A DNA stretch of 64,000 nucleotides from Rhizaria sp. SCN 62-66. Lineage: Eukaryota. The translations under genes were made by a program, and so were the position numbers. The notes beneath the pieces are model-generated. The model searched no databases and had not been told where the DNA came from. It saw only the letters and a program-made list of their open reading frames with translations. Numbering within the stretch: the first letter of the stretch is position 1; every line of letters begins with the position of its first letter. Positions 25,478 through 38,253 of this stretch are shown one piece after another. The stretch is taken from positions 1 to 64,000 of the forward strand of contig MEDY01000252.1 in assembly GCA_001724265.1 (NCBI GenBank). The letters are read 5' to 3'.

Positions 25478-26838
25478 TGTCTGTAGTTGCAGTTTTGGTC
25501 TTGAAATGTGCAGCGAACTTGAAGCCTATTGTCGTGTTGATGGGTGTGGTTTGAATCAATACATGTGGTACGTAGAACTCTCTCTATTCGAATCAACGCT
25601 GAATGTCACCCGCGCAAGCAAAACGAGAATAGAGCAGTGCGTGCACAATCGCACTTTCTTTGAAAGGTCCACGAAATAAAATTGGATATCATATGCATAT
25701 GACGAAAAACGAGGGGTGTATTGTGGAAGAACAAATGTTGAAACCGCAGTCGCACGTTGCAAAGACGAGGGAGAAGAAAAACACTGGCAGATAATGAACG
25801 GCAATTTGAAGGGTGTACAACGAGAAAGTCCTCACAAGTGGTGAGAGACAAACTCAGTCCCTGCTCAAAAAGGCTCACTTCAGCATAGTGACCGTACTTG
25901 GATGTGATATAAGCACAATTGCTGGGTCAGAGATAGAAGTACAGCATTCAAGACTCTAAAATTGAAAAGCCGTAGAATGCAGCATCAACCGTCACATAAC
26001 CAGAAAGTATCATCGACAACAAGCATCAACAACTTGGAGGAGCTTAAATTAGAAGTACGAACAGCGCAAACAAAGCAGACACATAAACACAAATACACGT
26101 TGTTGTGGTGTGCAATGTATCATCGCAGACAAGGAGACAAAGCAGCGAAATGACAAACATGGAGTCGCTTGCTAAGTTAAAACATGACAATACATGATTA
26201 CGAAATGAACAACACAGAAAATACACTGGACTAAAAAGAGTGACAAGTGAACATGAGCACTAAGGAACGGGGGACGACGGTGTGTTACAAAATGGTGATA
26301 TAAGGGGAAAGAAAACACAATAATAGAAAACAAAGCGTTGAATGATAAGGTTTGTTCCGCTCTAAAATAGAGTGGGAAATAGATCATAACAATGGGCAAC
26401 ATAGAGTACAAGTGCATAAAACCGCGCAAAGAACGATTAACATGCACGTTGCATTAGAGAACCTTGACTAAGTAAGGAAAACAGTTATCACAGTCAAACT
26501 ACAACCAATAAACCAGTGAATAAGAATGTGAAAAACAAGTACTAGGGGATTAACAGAAAAGAAAGGAGAAACAACACGTGTGACATGAAGTTAAAAAAGT
26601 TAAATAAGTTCAGAAACAGACCCCCCCACAAAAGGAGTCTGAGCGATTGTGGCAGTTACGTCATGCCACACGCCAAAGACCCGACACGACGCATTTATAT
26701 TGGCGTTCAAGCCTACTCACTGCAAGAGGCATCAACACGCCTTGAGCACACTACACTCGCCCCAGACGTACGCCTCACGCGTTCTTGCTCTCAAGTAGTG
26801 ACCAAGCGTGTTGTTCTTAGTAACTGGGTGACTGTGTG

Positions 26839-28700
26839 TTACGCGTTTTTGTTCTCAGCGCTGGCGAGCCCGTTCATGGCGCGGTAGATCTGCCGGTATG
26901 AGCAGTGGCGCACCTCCTGCGCGGCGGCCGTCATCATCCCACCGATGCCGGGCGGAACCGTTAGCGCGAAGATGCACTGCGTGGGCGCGGCGCGGAGGTC
27001 CTCGGTGAAGAAAGGGTGCGATAGTGCGGCGTGCAGCGTCATGCGCCGCGCAGGGTTGTAGCACAGCAGGCGGAGCACCAGGTCGTACGCGTGCGCAGTC
27101 GGCCACGCCGCGGTGGGGTACGCGCAGCTGTTCGCGGGGTTCGCCTGCTGCTGCTGCTGTTGTTGCTGCTGTTGGGGAGGTTGCTGCTCACCGTTAGCGC
27201 TGTTGTTGTGGAGGTTGCTCGCGGGCGTGAAGAGGGCCTTGAGGCGCTGCTTCAGCTCCTCCGCGTCCCTGACAGGCGGTGGCAGCGTTCCTTTCGTGCG
27301 CTTGATGAAGTCTGCGTAGAAGGGCAGCTGCAGCACCTCTGGCCACAGGTCCTCGCGCGGCGGACCCAGGAGCCGCGCGACGCGCGCCATCTGGTCGAGC
27401 TGGAAGCCGCCGCCGGGGACCTCGACGCCCGGGAAGACCGGCGCCGCCGCCAGCAGCTCCACCAGGAGGCAGCCCAGCGACCAGGCGTCGACGGCCGGCG
27501 AGTGGTGCGGCGCGCCCAGCAGCAGCTCCGGCGCGCGGTACCTGGAGCGAGCGATAATCAAGAGCAATTAGGAAGATACACTGTGAGAAAGAGAGAAATA
27601 GATGATAAAAATTACAAATAGTTGCGTTTTGCACATAAATACATTCGAAATGTCAAACATTAGAAACAATATTCATTCACTTAGTGTCGCATGTGCAATC
27701 CGTGCACAGTGTTCACGCGACGTACCAGATGGTGACCACCTCGCGGCTCATGGCCAGATGTCGCATGGGCGTCGTGAATGGTCGCGCGAGCCCGAAGTCG
27801 CTGATGCTGATGCGGCCGTGCACGCGCCCGTAGAGCGCAGTGAGCTCCAGCGCCGAGATGCCGCGCGTCGGCGGCGGCGGCGGCGGCCGGCGCAGCGCGC
27901 GCATGAACCCCGTGGCCTCTGCGGCGGACGCGGCGGCCGCGGCTGACGCGGCGCCCGCGCTCTCGGCGGCGCCGTGCGCGGCCGCGGCCGCCGCGGTGAC
28001 GGCCGCGCGCGCCGTCGCGACCGCAGTGGCGGCCGTCTCGCTGCAAGCCGCCGCGTCGCCCGCGACGGCGGCCGTGGCCGTGGCGGCGGCGGCCGCAGCG
28101 TCCCCGGCGCCGCGCCAGGCCGATGCGGCTGCAGCACCGCCCCGCGTAAGGTCGGGGAAAGGCAGAGCGGCAAGGTCGACCAGCGAGGCCAGCCCGGAGT
28201 GGTAACGCGAGGCGTTGACATGCACACGCGTGAGTTCAGCCAGCTGCTGCGCGCCGTGCGCCGACAGCAGCGCCATCGAGCCCAGAGCGGACGCGCCGAA
28301 GCCGCCAGCGCCGGCGTCGTTCTTGCCAGCGCTACCGCCGCCGCCGCTGCTGCTGCTGCTGCCGCTGCTGCTGTTCGCGTTGCTGCTGCCCTTGCCTAGA
28401 ACGCTAGCGTCAGCCTTGTTGTTGCTCTTGCTGTTGGGGTCCGGCAGGGCCCAGACGACGCCGCCGTTGCTGCGCACCAGCCTCTCCTCGGCCTCGGTGA
28501 CCGCGGCCACGGCGGCGTCGGCCTCGGCGGCGGCAGCGGCGGCGCCGCGCGCGCTCATAGCCGCCGTGGTCGCCGCCACGTGCAGCTTGGCCTCGGCGCG
28601 CGCGGCCATCGCCGACAGGTACTGCTGGTACGACGCGCGCGCAATGGGGGCGCGGTCATTGCTGACAACACCATTCCCGCTGCACGCGCTGTTACTGCTA

Positions 28701-28732
<32 letters not shown>

Positions 28733-28857
28733 ACTGTTGTGGCCGTCGGGAGCCGCGCTAGCTAACTGCGAGTGACCGGCGACGTCAGACCCCGCTTTGC
28801 CGCCGCCGCCGCCACCGCTGCTGCTGCCGCTGTTGATAAAAGTACTATTGTTGTTGC

Positions 28858-28946
<89 letters not shown>

Positions 28947-31900
28947 GCGGCGACGGCGGCGGCGGTGCCCGCGAGCGGCGTGGCGGGCAGCGGGCCCAGC
29001 GGCAGCGGCGGCGGGGGCGCGCTGGCGCCGTGTACCGGGCACCGCGGGTCGCCGCACGCGTCGCTACCCGCCCACAGCGAGCCCACCGTGTGCGCGCTGC
29101 GGTTGTACACGTCGCCCGCTGCGCCGCCGTCGCCGCCTTCGGCCTCAGCATCGCTGCTCCCGGCGGCGGCTGCGGCGGCAGCGGCGGGGGCGGCGGGGGT
29201 GACGGGGGGCATGGGGCCGCCCACGGTCAGGCCGGCGCTGGGGGCGCCGCTCGAAGCGGAGGAGCTCGAGTCGGGGGCGTTGCGCTTGCGGCTGTAGCTA
29301 TTGCTGTTGCTGCTACCGCCGCCGCTGCTGCTGCTGTTGTTGTTGTTGTAGTTGATGATGTTGTTAATGTTGCTGCTGCTGCGGTGCCGCTCGGCCAGCT
29401 GCTTGGCCTCGTAGGCGAGGCGGCGGTGGTTGAGCGTCTGAATGAACGACTGGAAGCGCGTCCGGTCGATGCTCGCGGTCGAGCCGAAGCCGCAGCCGCC
29501 CGCCACCTCGTTGCCGCCGGCGTGCGTGCCCACGGCAAAGAGGGCGCCGTGTTTAGCGCTGCTGTGGGACGCCGCCGTCGCGGCGCTCGCGCTCGACGCA
29601 TTCGCCGCGCTGCCGTCTCCATCCGTCCCCGCACTTGCACCGGCGCCGGCACTGGCGCTGGCGCTAGAGTCCGCCGAGGAGCCGAGCTTGCCCGCGCCGG
29701 TAGCGTGTTTGTGCTGCTTAAGGGGCGAGAGCTGGAACGCGCGGCGCACGAGCGACGACGAGGACAGGTCCGCCTCGGCCTCGGCGGCGGCGGCAGCGGC
29801 GTCGGCCTCGGCGGCGGCGTGTGGCAACCGCGCCTCGGCGGCGGGCGGAATCAGCGGCGGCGACATGAGCGCGGCGAGCGTGGCCGCGATCATGACCGAA
29901 AACTCGTTCTTGCGCTTGGGGACGACGGCGCCGCTGGGCACGCTGTCGCTCAGAGAAACGTCGGCGTTGTCCTTAGAGCTGGTGCTGGTATTGTGGTCGT
30001 CAGCACCGTCGCCGTCGCTGTCGCCCGTCGCCAGCCGCGCGCGCGCCATGAACCGCCCATACGGGTCGCCGCCCCCACCGTACGTGCCGGCGACAGTCTC
30101 GATCAGACTGGCGTCCGAGGCCGCGGCCGCCGCGAGCGCCGCGGCCGCCGTGGCCGCGGGCAGCCCGTCGGCGGTGGCCTCGGCGACATGCCAGCCGGCC
30201 TGGACCAGCGGCAGGATGGGCTTGTCCATGGTAACGAGCGGCATAAAGTCACCGTAGTCGCCGCCGTTCTCCTCGAAGTTGTCCAGGAACGCGTGCAGCC
30301 AGTCGGACTGCAGCATCGACAGCAGACTCGAGCACACGCGCGCGGCTGGCAGCGGCTCCGCGTGGCGCAGCGAGCGCGGGTCGCGGCAGGACGACAGCGA
30401 GACGCTCGTCGGCGACAGCGGGCAGGGTGGCGCGCCGGACGGCAGTGACAAGGCGGAGGCCGCCGCCGCCGCCCCGGGGCTGGGGCTCGGCTGGCTCTGC
30501 GTCGCGCCGCTGTTGCCGCTGCCGCTCCCGCTCGGGTTGCCGCTGTTATGGACATTGCTGGTGTTGTTGGATGGATCGTTATTGTTGACCACATCGGCGC
30601 CGCCGCTGCCGGCGCCACTGGTGTCGCTCACGTGCCCATTGCTACTGTTGTTGGCGTTGTTGTTATTGCTGTTGTTGCCGCTGAGTAGGTCGGCGGTGGT
30701 GCGGTGCCGCAAGCCGCTGATGAGCTCCGGCAGCAGCGAAATGGCGTAAAACCCACTGTCGCCGGCGGCCGCACTGTTAGTCCCGCTGCCGACGCCGCCG
30801 TTGCTGTTGGCAACGGCAACGACGATGGCTCTGCTGCTCCTGGCCGCGCCCGCGCCGCCGGAGCCGGCCCGCGAGTCGGCGCCAGAGTCTGGCCGGGAGT
30901 CGGAGCGGGAGCTTGCGGCAGAGCTAGAGTCCGTGTCAGTCATCGACGCGTTACTGCCATTGCTGCTGCTGTTGTTGCTGCTGTTGCTGCTCGTGAGCAC
31001 AGCGCACTTGTCCGCGCCGTCCGCGTGCCGCATGGCGATGGCCTGAGCGACGGCGGACGTGGTCGTGGCCACCACACCCAGCGCGTGGGCCGAGTAGCCT
31101 TGGAGCACCGTGACGCCCGTCAAGGCCTCTGTAAACCCGTCGCCGTCATGGGGTCGCTCACGGTCACTAGGGCGAGGCCCGCGGCCACTCTTCGCGGGCG
31201 TGGCGACGGCAGCTGATGGGTCGCTGTCGCCGTCAATCTCAATGCCGCTCGCGGTGTCGAGGACGAGGACGATATGCCCACTGTCCGGCACTGCGACCGA
31301 CTTGCTGGCTCTGCCCCCGACACGCACTATGTCGCCGGTGGAATCAGGCGCGGGCGCGGGCGCGGGCGCAGTGTGGAGCTTGTTGAACGAGTCTGAGCAG
31401 AGCGGCTCCAGCGAATCGTACCACAGTAGCTGCCGCTCGTCTTTGATCGCAACGCGCCGCTTGCGGGTCGCGGGGGGGCCGCCCGCGCCGGTCGAAGCGC
31501 CCTGCTGCTGTTGTTGCTGTGTGTCAAGTTCATAGCCGTCGTCGTCGTTGTCATCGTTGGCGTCATAATCGGCGTCGTTAATGTCCTGAACGGCACTCGC
31601 GCTCGCGCTCGCAGGAGCCTTAGTCCTAGCACTCGAGCTCGAGCTCGAGCTAGAAGTAGAGCAAGAGCTCGAACAGTTATTAGCGGGCTTATACGTGATG
31701 TTGTGTGCGCGCGCAAACTGCTCCTCCAAGAGCGAGACGTCGTGCATCAGCACCGCAGCGACCTCTGCCTCGGCCGCGATCATGCCCTCCGTCTTGCCCA
31801 TGCGCAGCACCTGCTCCTCCTCCTCGGCGCCCAGCTCGGCCGTCGCCGCCGCGGCCGCCGCGAGCGGGCCGTGCGCGACCATCATGCGCAGCACGCGCGA

Positions 31901-33316
31901 GCGCTTCGCGCGCGGAATCGCGAAAGCGAGCGGCAGCGGCCCGCGCACGGGGGGCGGCTTCCGCGCGACCGTGGGCGCCGAAGCGGGCGGGGGCGGGTAC
32001 GAGACCTGGATGGCGTCGGGCGGCGGCGGGAAGAGCGCGCCGAGCGTCGAAGTCGGCAGGCGCGGCGGCGGCGGCGGCGGCGGCCAGCGCGGAGGCTGTG
32101 AGTTATGCAGAAGCTCGCGGTGCAGTAGGTCGTGGATGAGGATGTTGGCGGGCTTGAGGTCGCGGTGCATAAACCCGCACGCGTGCACGTGGCCCAGCGC
32201 AAGCAGCGACTGGAAGAGCACGGAGCGGACCATGCGCGGGTCGAGCGGGAGCCGGTGCGCACGGTGTAAGCGCAGCACGTGCGAGAGCTCGTAGTCGGCC
32301 AGGGGGAAGACGAGGTAGATCTGCGAGGACGAGGCGTGGATTAGCAACGAAAGCAGCGGCATAATCGACGGGTGGCTGATCATGCGCAGCGTCTGCAGAC
32401 AGGGCGGGGCGGGGCGGGACGGGTGATGCACAGAGCGGGGAGTGGGGAGCGATGCGAGGTGCGTGTGGGTTTGAGTATGTGAGTGAATTGAGATAAAAAC
32501 AAGTTGAAACGGTGTACCTTACCATTGAATTAAATGGAATAGATAATAAAAATGATACTTGATCACGTTTTCACTTCACATTTTCATAGTGAGCAAGGTC
32601 CTAACTGTTATAGACGGCACATGTAATGTGTGTAACTCGGCGGCATTGATGAACATATCTCTGCGGGGGCGCGGTACTTACCTGAATCTCGCGGTAAATG
32701 TCGAGAGGAATGCCGACTGCAAGCGGGGAGCCACGGTGCTTCATCTGCTTGATGGCCACAAAACGACCTGCGAGTGGGAACGGAAACGGCGCAAGTACAG
32801 TGTTGAAGTGGTGTTACAAAACAGGTTTGTGGTGGGTTGGGACAAAAGACAGAAAAGGGGAAAATTTAAGTTTTTGAAGTTGTGGTTCAAGTCAAGTAGT
32901 GTAGAAATCAAATAAAGCATCGCGCATACTAAATTTTAAATGACTACAGAGTCAGTCGAAAGATAAAACAGTGATAATGCAAGGGCAAACAAATAATTTT
33001 GTGACGTTGGGAAGTTCGCGAACCAACCGCCTGTTGCCAACATAAAAGCAAGGGGTAGAGTCTTACAATCAACAGAGACAACACGAAGACGTCCATAAAC
33101 AGGAAGATGGCGAGCAAATTGAGGACATTCAAATGGTAATATCTCGTTTTGAAACGAACCTGAGCGGAGGCAGCGCGCCCTGTAGACGATGCCGAACGAG
33201 CCCTCGCCGATGACATCGAGGAGTTCGTAGTAGAGCTCGAGCGGCCGCTCGTCAGTCAACACGCCCGGCACAATCGTCGTGCCGCCGAAGGACCGTTCCA
33301 GGCCCGCGAGGGACAT
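26839..33316 (-). CDS. CDK8: CDK8/CDKE-like cyclin-dependent kinase with a very large internal insertion (~1870 aa)
   Basis: Exons 33316-33160, 32767-32682, 32392-27726 and 27541-26839. Motifs [81 protein letters not shown]. Ends TAA. Confidence 0.8.
28848..28944. repeat. (AAC/GTT)n microsatellite encoding poly-Asn inside the CDK8 insertion
   Basis: About 30 near-perfect TTG units on the + strand, read as NNNN... in the kinase frame. Confidence 0.95.
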
Positions 33317-33766
33317 GTGCGGCGGGTGAGCTGGGTGAGGTGCAACGCCGAGATTGGTGGGGAACTGTAGCGGGGATTGTGGTCCTGGTTCGAAGCTGAG
33401 GGGGGCAGGTAGAAAAGTGTCGATATGGCGGAATGTAAGGAAGCCAGAGCGCACTTGGTATTATATAAACAGCATTTCAGTCGTGTTCTCGTAGGAAATC
33501 GCACATTCTAACAAGACACCCTCCACGTTAGTATGACAAATCAAACAAATGCGATGCACTATTCTGGAGGTCGGAGGCTCTCGCGCTTTGAGCTCCTTCT
33601 TTCCCAAGCTAAATTGATACACATAATCTGTCAATAGCTCCCACAATCCATAGGCGATTTTATTGTAGTATTAATTGCTTATACTTTTAATAATATTCTT
33701 CTGATCTTCGCTTTCGTTCCACAGCACTCGAATCTTGCTCCCACACCACAAACGCGTTGTTTGCCC

Positions 33767-36700
33767 ATGAGTCTCGCCCCGCCCCCGGCCCATCCGGGGC
33801 CCACGGTCGCTCCCTCTCCTTCCTGGGACTCTGCCGCGACTATCCCGAGCCTGTTTTCCGCCGCAGCGTCGCGCAGCCACCGCGCGCTGGCCCCCAGCGA
33901 GAGCGGCGTGCACCTGGGCGCCGACGCCGCGGCGACCGTGGGCAACGTGTACTACGCACTCTACGACTTCTGCAACAGGGACCCCGAGTTCGCGTTCGTC
34001 GTCGCGCCGCTTGCGCCGCCGCAGCTTATGCAGCGCGCGGCGGCCGCGGCGGCCGCTGCAGTGATGGCCCCGGCGCCCGCTGTGGCCGCCGCGATAGCCA
34101 AAGCGAGGGCGCGCGCATGCGACAGTAGTGCGAGTGCGGGTGCGGGTGAGAGTGCGGGTGACAGTGACATTGCGCCTGCTGTGCGCCGCCCTTGCCTGGC
34201 GTCTGCGTACGGCCCGTCACTGCCGAGCGACGCCTCTGAATCAATTGCTGGAACCTTAACCACGCCCTCAGTGGCGGTCGCGGCCTCTGTTATCGTCGAT
34301 CACGCTATTCTACCGACATCAACAACAACAACTACTCCAACAGCAAGCGCAGCACCAAGCGCAGCGGCACCGGGAGCGACGGCGCTTAGCGCGGCGCGGC
34401 GCGAGCCTCTGACGTCTATCGCGCAGCTGTCATTTCCTCTCGCGTCTCTGTTCCTGCCCGGCGGGGCGGGGACCTGGACCTCGCGCGTCGTCGGCGCCGT
34501 GTCCGAGGCGCTAGTCAAGCCGCTGTGCACACAAATTAAACTGTGCGTGCGCAGTGGGCGCGCCAATGCAACGCGCGCAAGTCATGGTGACATCAGTGAC
34601 TCCACAGGTGACTGCGACAACGACTGTGAAAGTGAAAGTGACTCTGAGACGGCAGCGGCGGCGGCGGCGCTGGCGGCGGATGTGGTCGCAACGATCGCGG
34701 CTGACTCGGCCACCGAGACTCAGCGGCTCTGTGGCGACAGCAGCGTTGACGGCGACGACGGCGAGCCGCGCGATCAACAGCTGGGGCAAGAGCATTACGC
34801 CCGTGAGAGCCTTGTCAGCGACAGCTTGTTAGAGCAGATCGGCTTTGCGAGTCACCTGGGCCTCGCTGCAGTGCTGATCCCGTCCCCTTACGCGCACACG
34901 CATACACACACAGGCACTCGCACTCGCGCACAGCAGAGCGCAGATGCTGACGGCAAGGCGACTGCAACTGCACCTGCGCCTGCGTCGGTGAATGTGAGCG
35001 CTGAGTGCAACCTGGCCCCTCTGGCGCGCACGCTCGCAGCCGCGCTCGCCACTGCCAAAACCACGTCGATACTCGTCGAAATGCCGTTCGCACCACCGCC
35101 AGCTCCACGGTCGACCACAGAGTCGGGCGCTCCTGGTCTAAGTACCCCCTTAGACCCGTGGCGCGTGTGGGCGACGCTGGCGACGGCGTGTCAGGACGAC
35201 CCGCGGCTCTGCGTCGCGCTGACCCTTGGTAGGCACGACGTTTGCCACTGCGCCGGTGATGACGCCAGCAACAGCGACAGCGGCAGTGGCAGGGCGAAGG
35301 CGAAGGAGGCCAGTCAGAACGGGGAGTGTGCGTGTGGCGGCCTGACTTTGAGGCAGTGGCGCGATGTTGTGCGCCCCAGGTTCACCCTCTCGGGGGCCGC
35401 TGTGAGCGGCCCTCATGAGCACAGCGACCGTGGGCAGAGTGACCGTGCGCAGAGTGGCCGTGAGCAACTCAGTCCGCACGCGCCCGCGCACTATCACTCT
35501 AGCGACGACACCGGTGTTAGCAAAGCGAGTCGATTTGACGTGTTGCCGATTGACAAGCGCTGTCCGCAGCCGCAACCTCCTCTGTTCATTCCCCCCACGC
35601 TGGCGAGCTCGACAACAAACAAGAGCTCGACGCATAGTCATGTGCGCGTCCAGTGTGCCGCAGGGGTTGATTGTGACGGCGTTGGTTGTGGCAACTTTGC
35701 TCACGGTCACCCGTACGCACTGCGGCCTAACTTCCGTCTGGCGCGCTGGCGGGGATCGCCGGTGCGCGCCGTCATCGTCCCGCTCTCTCTCTTTGTTCCA
35801 ACCCCAGTCGCTGCCTTTGGGAATGCGGACAGCGGCAGCGGCAGTAGCAGTGGCAGCGGCAGTGGTGGCGGTGGGGGCGGTAGTAGAGTCGGTGTTGCGG
35901 TGAGCGGCAGGAACCCGAGGAGCAGTGCGTACGACTACTATAGCGACGACAACACCGCTGATGGCGGCGAGTCTAAGGGGGTACTTACACTGTGCTTATC
36001 GCGCGAACACGAGGCCGTGCTGCACACGCTGTGGGAAATGGGCATTATGACCATCATTCGCGACGATCTCTCCCAGCCCAAGAACAAAAGCAGCAGCAGC
36101 AAGAGTGAAAGTATGTCGTGGCGTGGTGTAAGGGCCTTGATGGATGCAGCGCACACTTACATTGCAACACTCTTCGCCAACAGGTACGGGAAACCAAACT
36201 AAATGCATCCCAGCACCGGCTATAATAGGTGTATTTTCTACCCCACTCTTATCCCACTCACAACGTCCGTCTTTTTTGCTTTTCACTCTCTGTGCTCGCC
36301 GCTCAGGCCCGATCTGACCCCCCAGGCCGCGTTTGAGGCGCCCTATCGCGACTGCCTCCAGGCCCCCTTACAGCCGCTGGCGGACCACTTGGACGCGCAG
36401 ACCTACGAGATCTTCGAGAAGGACCCCGTCAAGTACCGCAACTACCGCCTCGCCATCGAAGCGGCGCTGCGCGAGCGGTTTCATGCACCCGCGTGTCCCT
36501 ACCGCACGGGCGCTGAGGCCAACACGGACGATGCCATGAATAGCACGAACACTGACGACCGTGCGCACGATGCGAGTGACTGTGAGCACCGCAGTGCCCA
36601 TGAGCAGGCGGCCCGGCACTACGCGCGCCACGATGACCGCTCCGGTGCCGGCACCAGCGCCAATCCCACAGCAACACGTTCACAGTCGCGTTCGCAGTCG

Positions 36701-37858
36701 GAATTTCGAGGTCACACTGAGTCAGAATACGACGACGACGGCTTCCTGCCCCCTCTGTCGCCCTCGTCACCAACTGCGACGGTCAGTCCGCTCTGCCATC
36801 ACCACGGCTGCCCCTGCGCGGCCGCGCCCGCGTCCGTCTTTGTCCTGGGCGCCGGCCGCGGCCCGCTCGTTACCTGCGCGCTCGCTGCCGCCCGCGCCAC
36901 GCGTGTGCCCGTGTCCGTCACGGCGCTGGATAAGAATCCCTATGCGGTGGCAACTCTGCGCGCGCGCGCGCGGGACCAGTGGCGGCCGCTGTGGGGCGTC
37001 GCCGTGCGTGTCGTTGCCGGCGACATGCGGCGCCACGTGCCCGCCGCGCGGGCCGACATCCTGGTGAGCGAGCTGTTGGGCTCGTTCGGGGACAACGAGC
37101 TCTCGCCGGAGTGCCTTGAAGGCGCGCGCCGGTTACTAAAGCCGGGGACCGGGGTTTCGATCCCACAGTCGTCGACCTCGGCGCTCGCGCCCGTCTACGC
37201 ACCCGCGCTTTGGGCCAGCATCAAGGCCGTCGGCGCGCATGGTAGGGAGACGGGGGCGCAGTCTGGGTCCGGGCTTGAGACGCCGTTTCTCGTACGGCTA
37301 CACCGTGCCTGGGCGTTCGCCAAGACCAAGACGTGCTTCCACTTCTCGCACCCGCCGCCCCCGCCGCTGCCGCCGGCAGAGTCCGAGTCAGGTCTAAGTG
37401 GACACTTAGATGCCCACTTAGACGCTGAACCTGTGGAGCGCGACCTCCGTCGGCACGCGTCGCTGGACTTCACCGCCGTGGCCGACGCCGTCATGCACGG
37501 CTTCGCGGGGTACTTCAGCGCGGATCTCTACGGCGGCATCCGCATCAGCATCGACCCGCGCGCGTTTTCGCACGGCATGTACTCCTGGTTTCCCGTCTTC
37601 TTCCCGCTCGCGGCGCCGCTGACCGTGGGCAGGGGGCAGAGGGTGACCGTGAACATGTGGCGCCGCGCGGACGCGACGCGCGTGTGGTACGAGTGGGCGG
37701 TGACTGTGAGCAGCAAGGTGACTGTGAGCAGCAAGGTGACTGTGGGCAGCGAGGTGACTGTGGGCAGTAACGACAGTAACGCCGGCATGTTTGTCGAGGT
37801 GCAAAAGACGCATATCCATAACTTAAACGGTCGGTACTCGCATATCGGCAAGTTCTAA
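33767..37858 (+). CDS. PRMT5: Protein arginine N-methyltransferase 5 (~1320 aa, expanded)
   Basis: Exons 33767-36183 and 36307-37858. LQAPLQPLADHLDAQTYEIFEKDPVKY, VLGAGRGPLV, ADILVSELLGSFGDNELSPECL, HGFAGYF, GMYSWFPVFFPL, IHNLNGRYSHIG. TAA falls at the homologous C-terminus. Confidence 0.95.
37700..37771 (+). repeat. 18-bp tandem repeat x4 in PRMT5 (VTVSSK/VTVGSE)
   Basis: GTGACTGTGAGCAGCAAG twice, then GTGACTGTGGGCAGCGAG and GTGACTGTGGGCAGTAAC. Confidence 0.9.
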
Positions 37859-38253
37859 TCGAGTTCAGACATGCAATCTTACAAATTATGAAGCTTTGTT
37901 TGAACGATATTATTTATTCCTGGTATATATAGGCATACATATGTTTAGCATTTTTATAACTAATACACGATCATATATTCTCATTCACAACATCCCACAC
38001 ACGTAACAAACTATGACCCACCGGACAGATTGCTTCCTTGAGAAAGGATTAAAAGAAAAAAGACTTAAACAAACTAGAAAGAACAAAACAAAGAACTACA
38101 TACGAAAAAAATAGCAACAATGTGTGCAAGTACCTTACGGTACACTTACACCAACTACACAGTATTGCTGCCCTAACACAAACGAACAAACAGGACAAAG
38201 TAAGCACGACCTTTGTTTTTTTCATAAAACGTGTTTTGCGGCGGCGAACGTAC

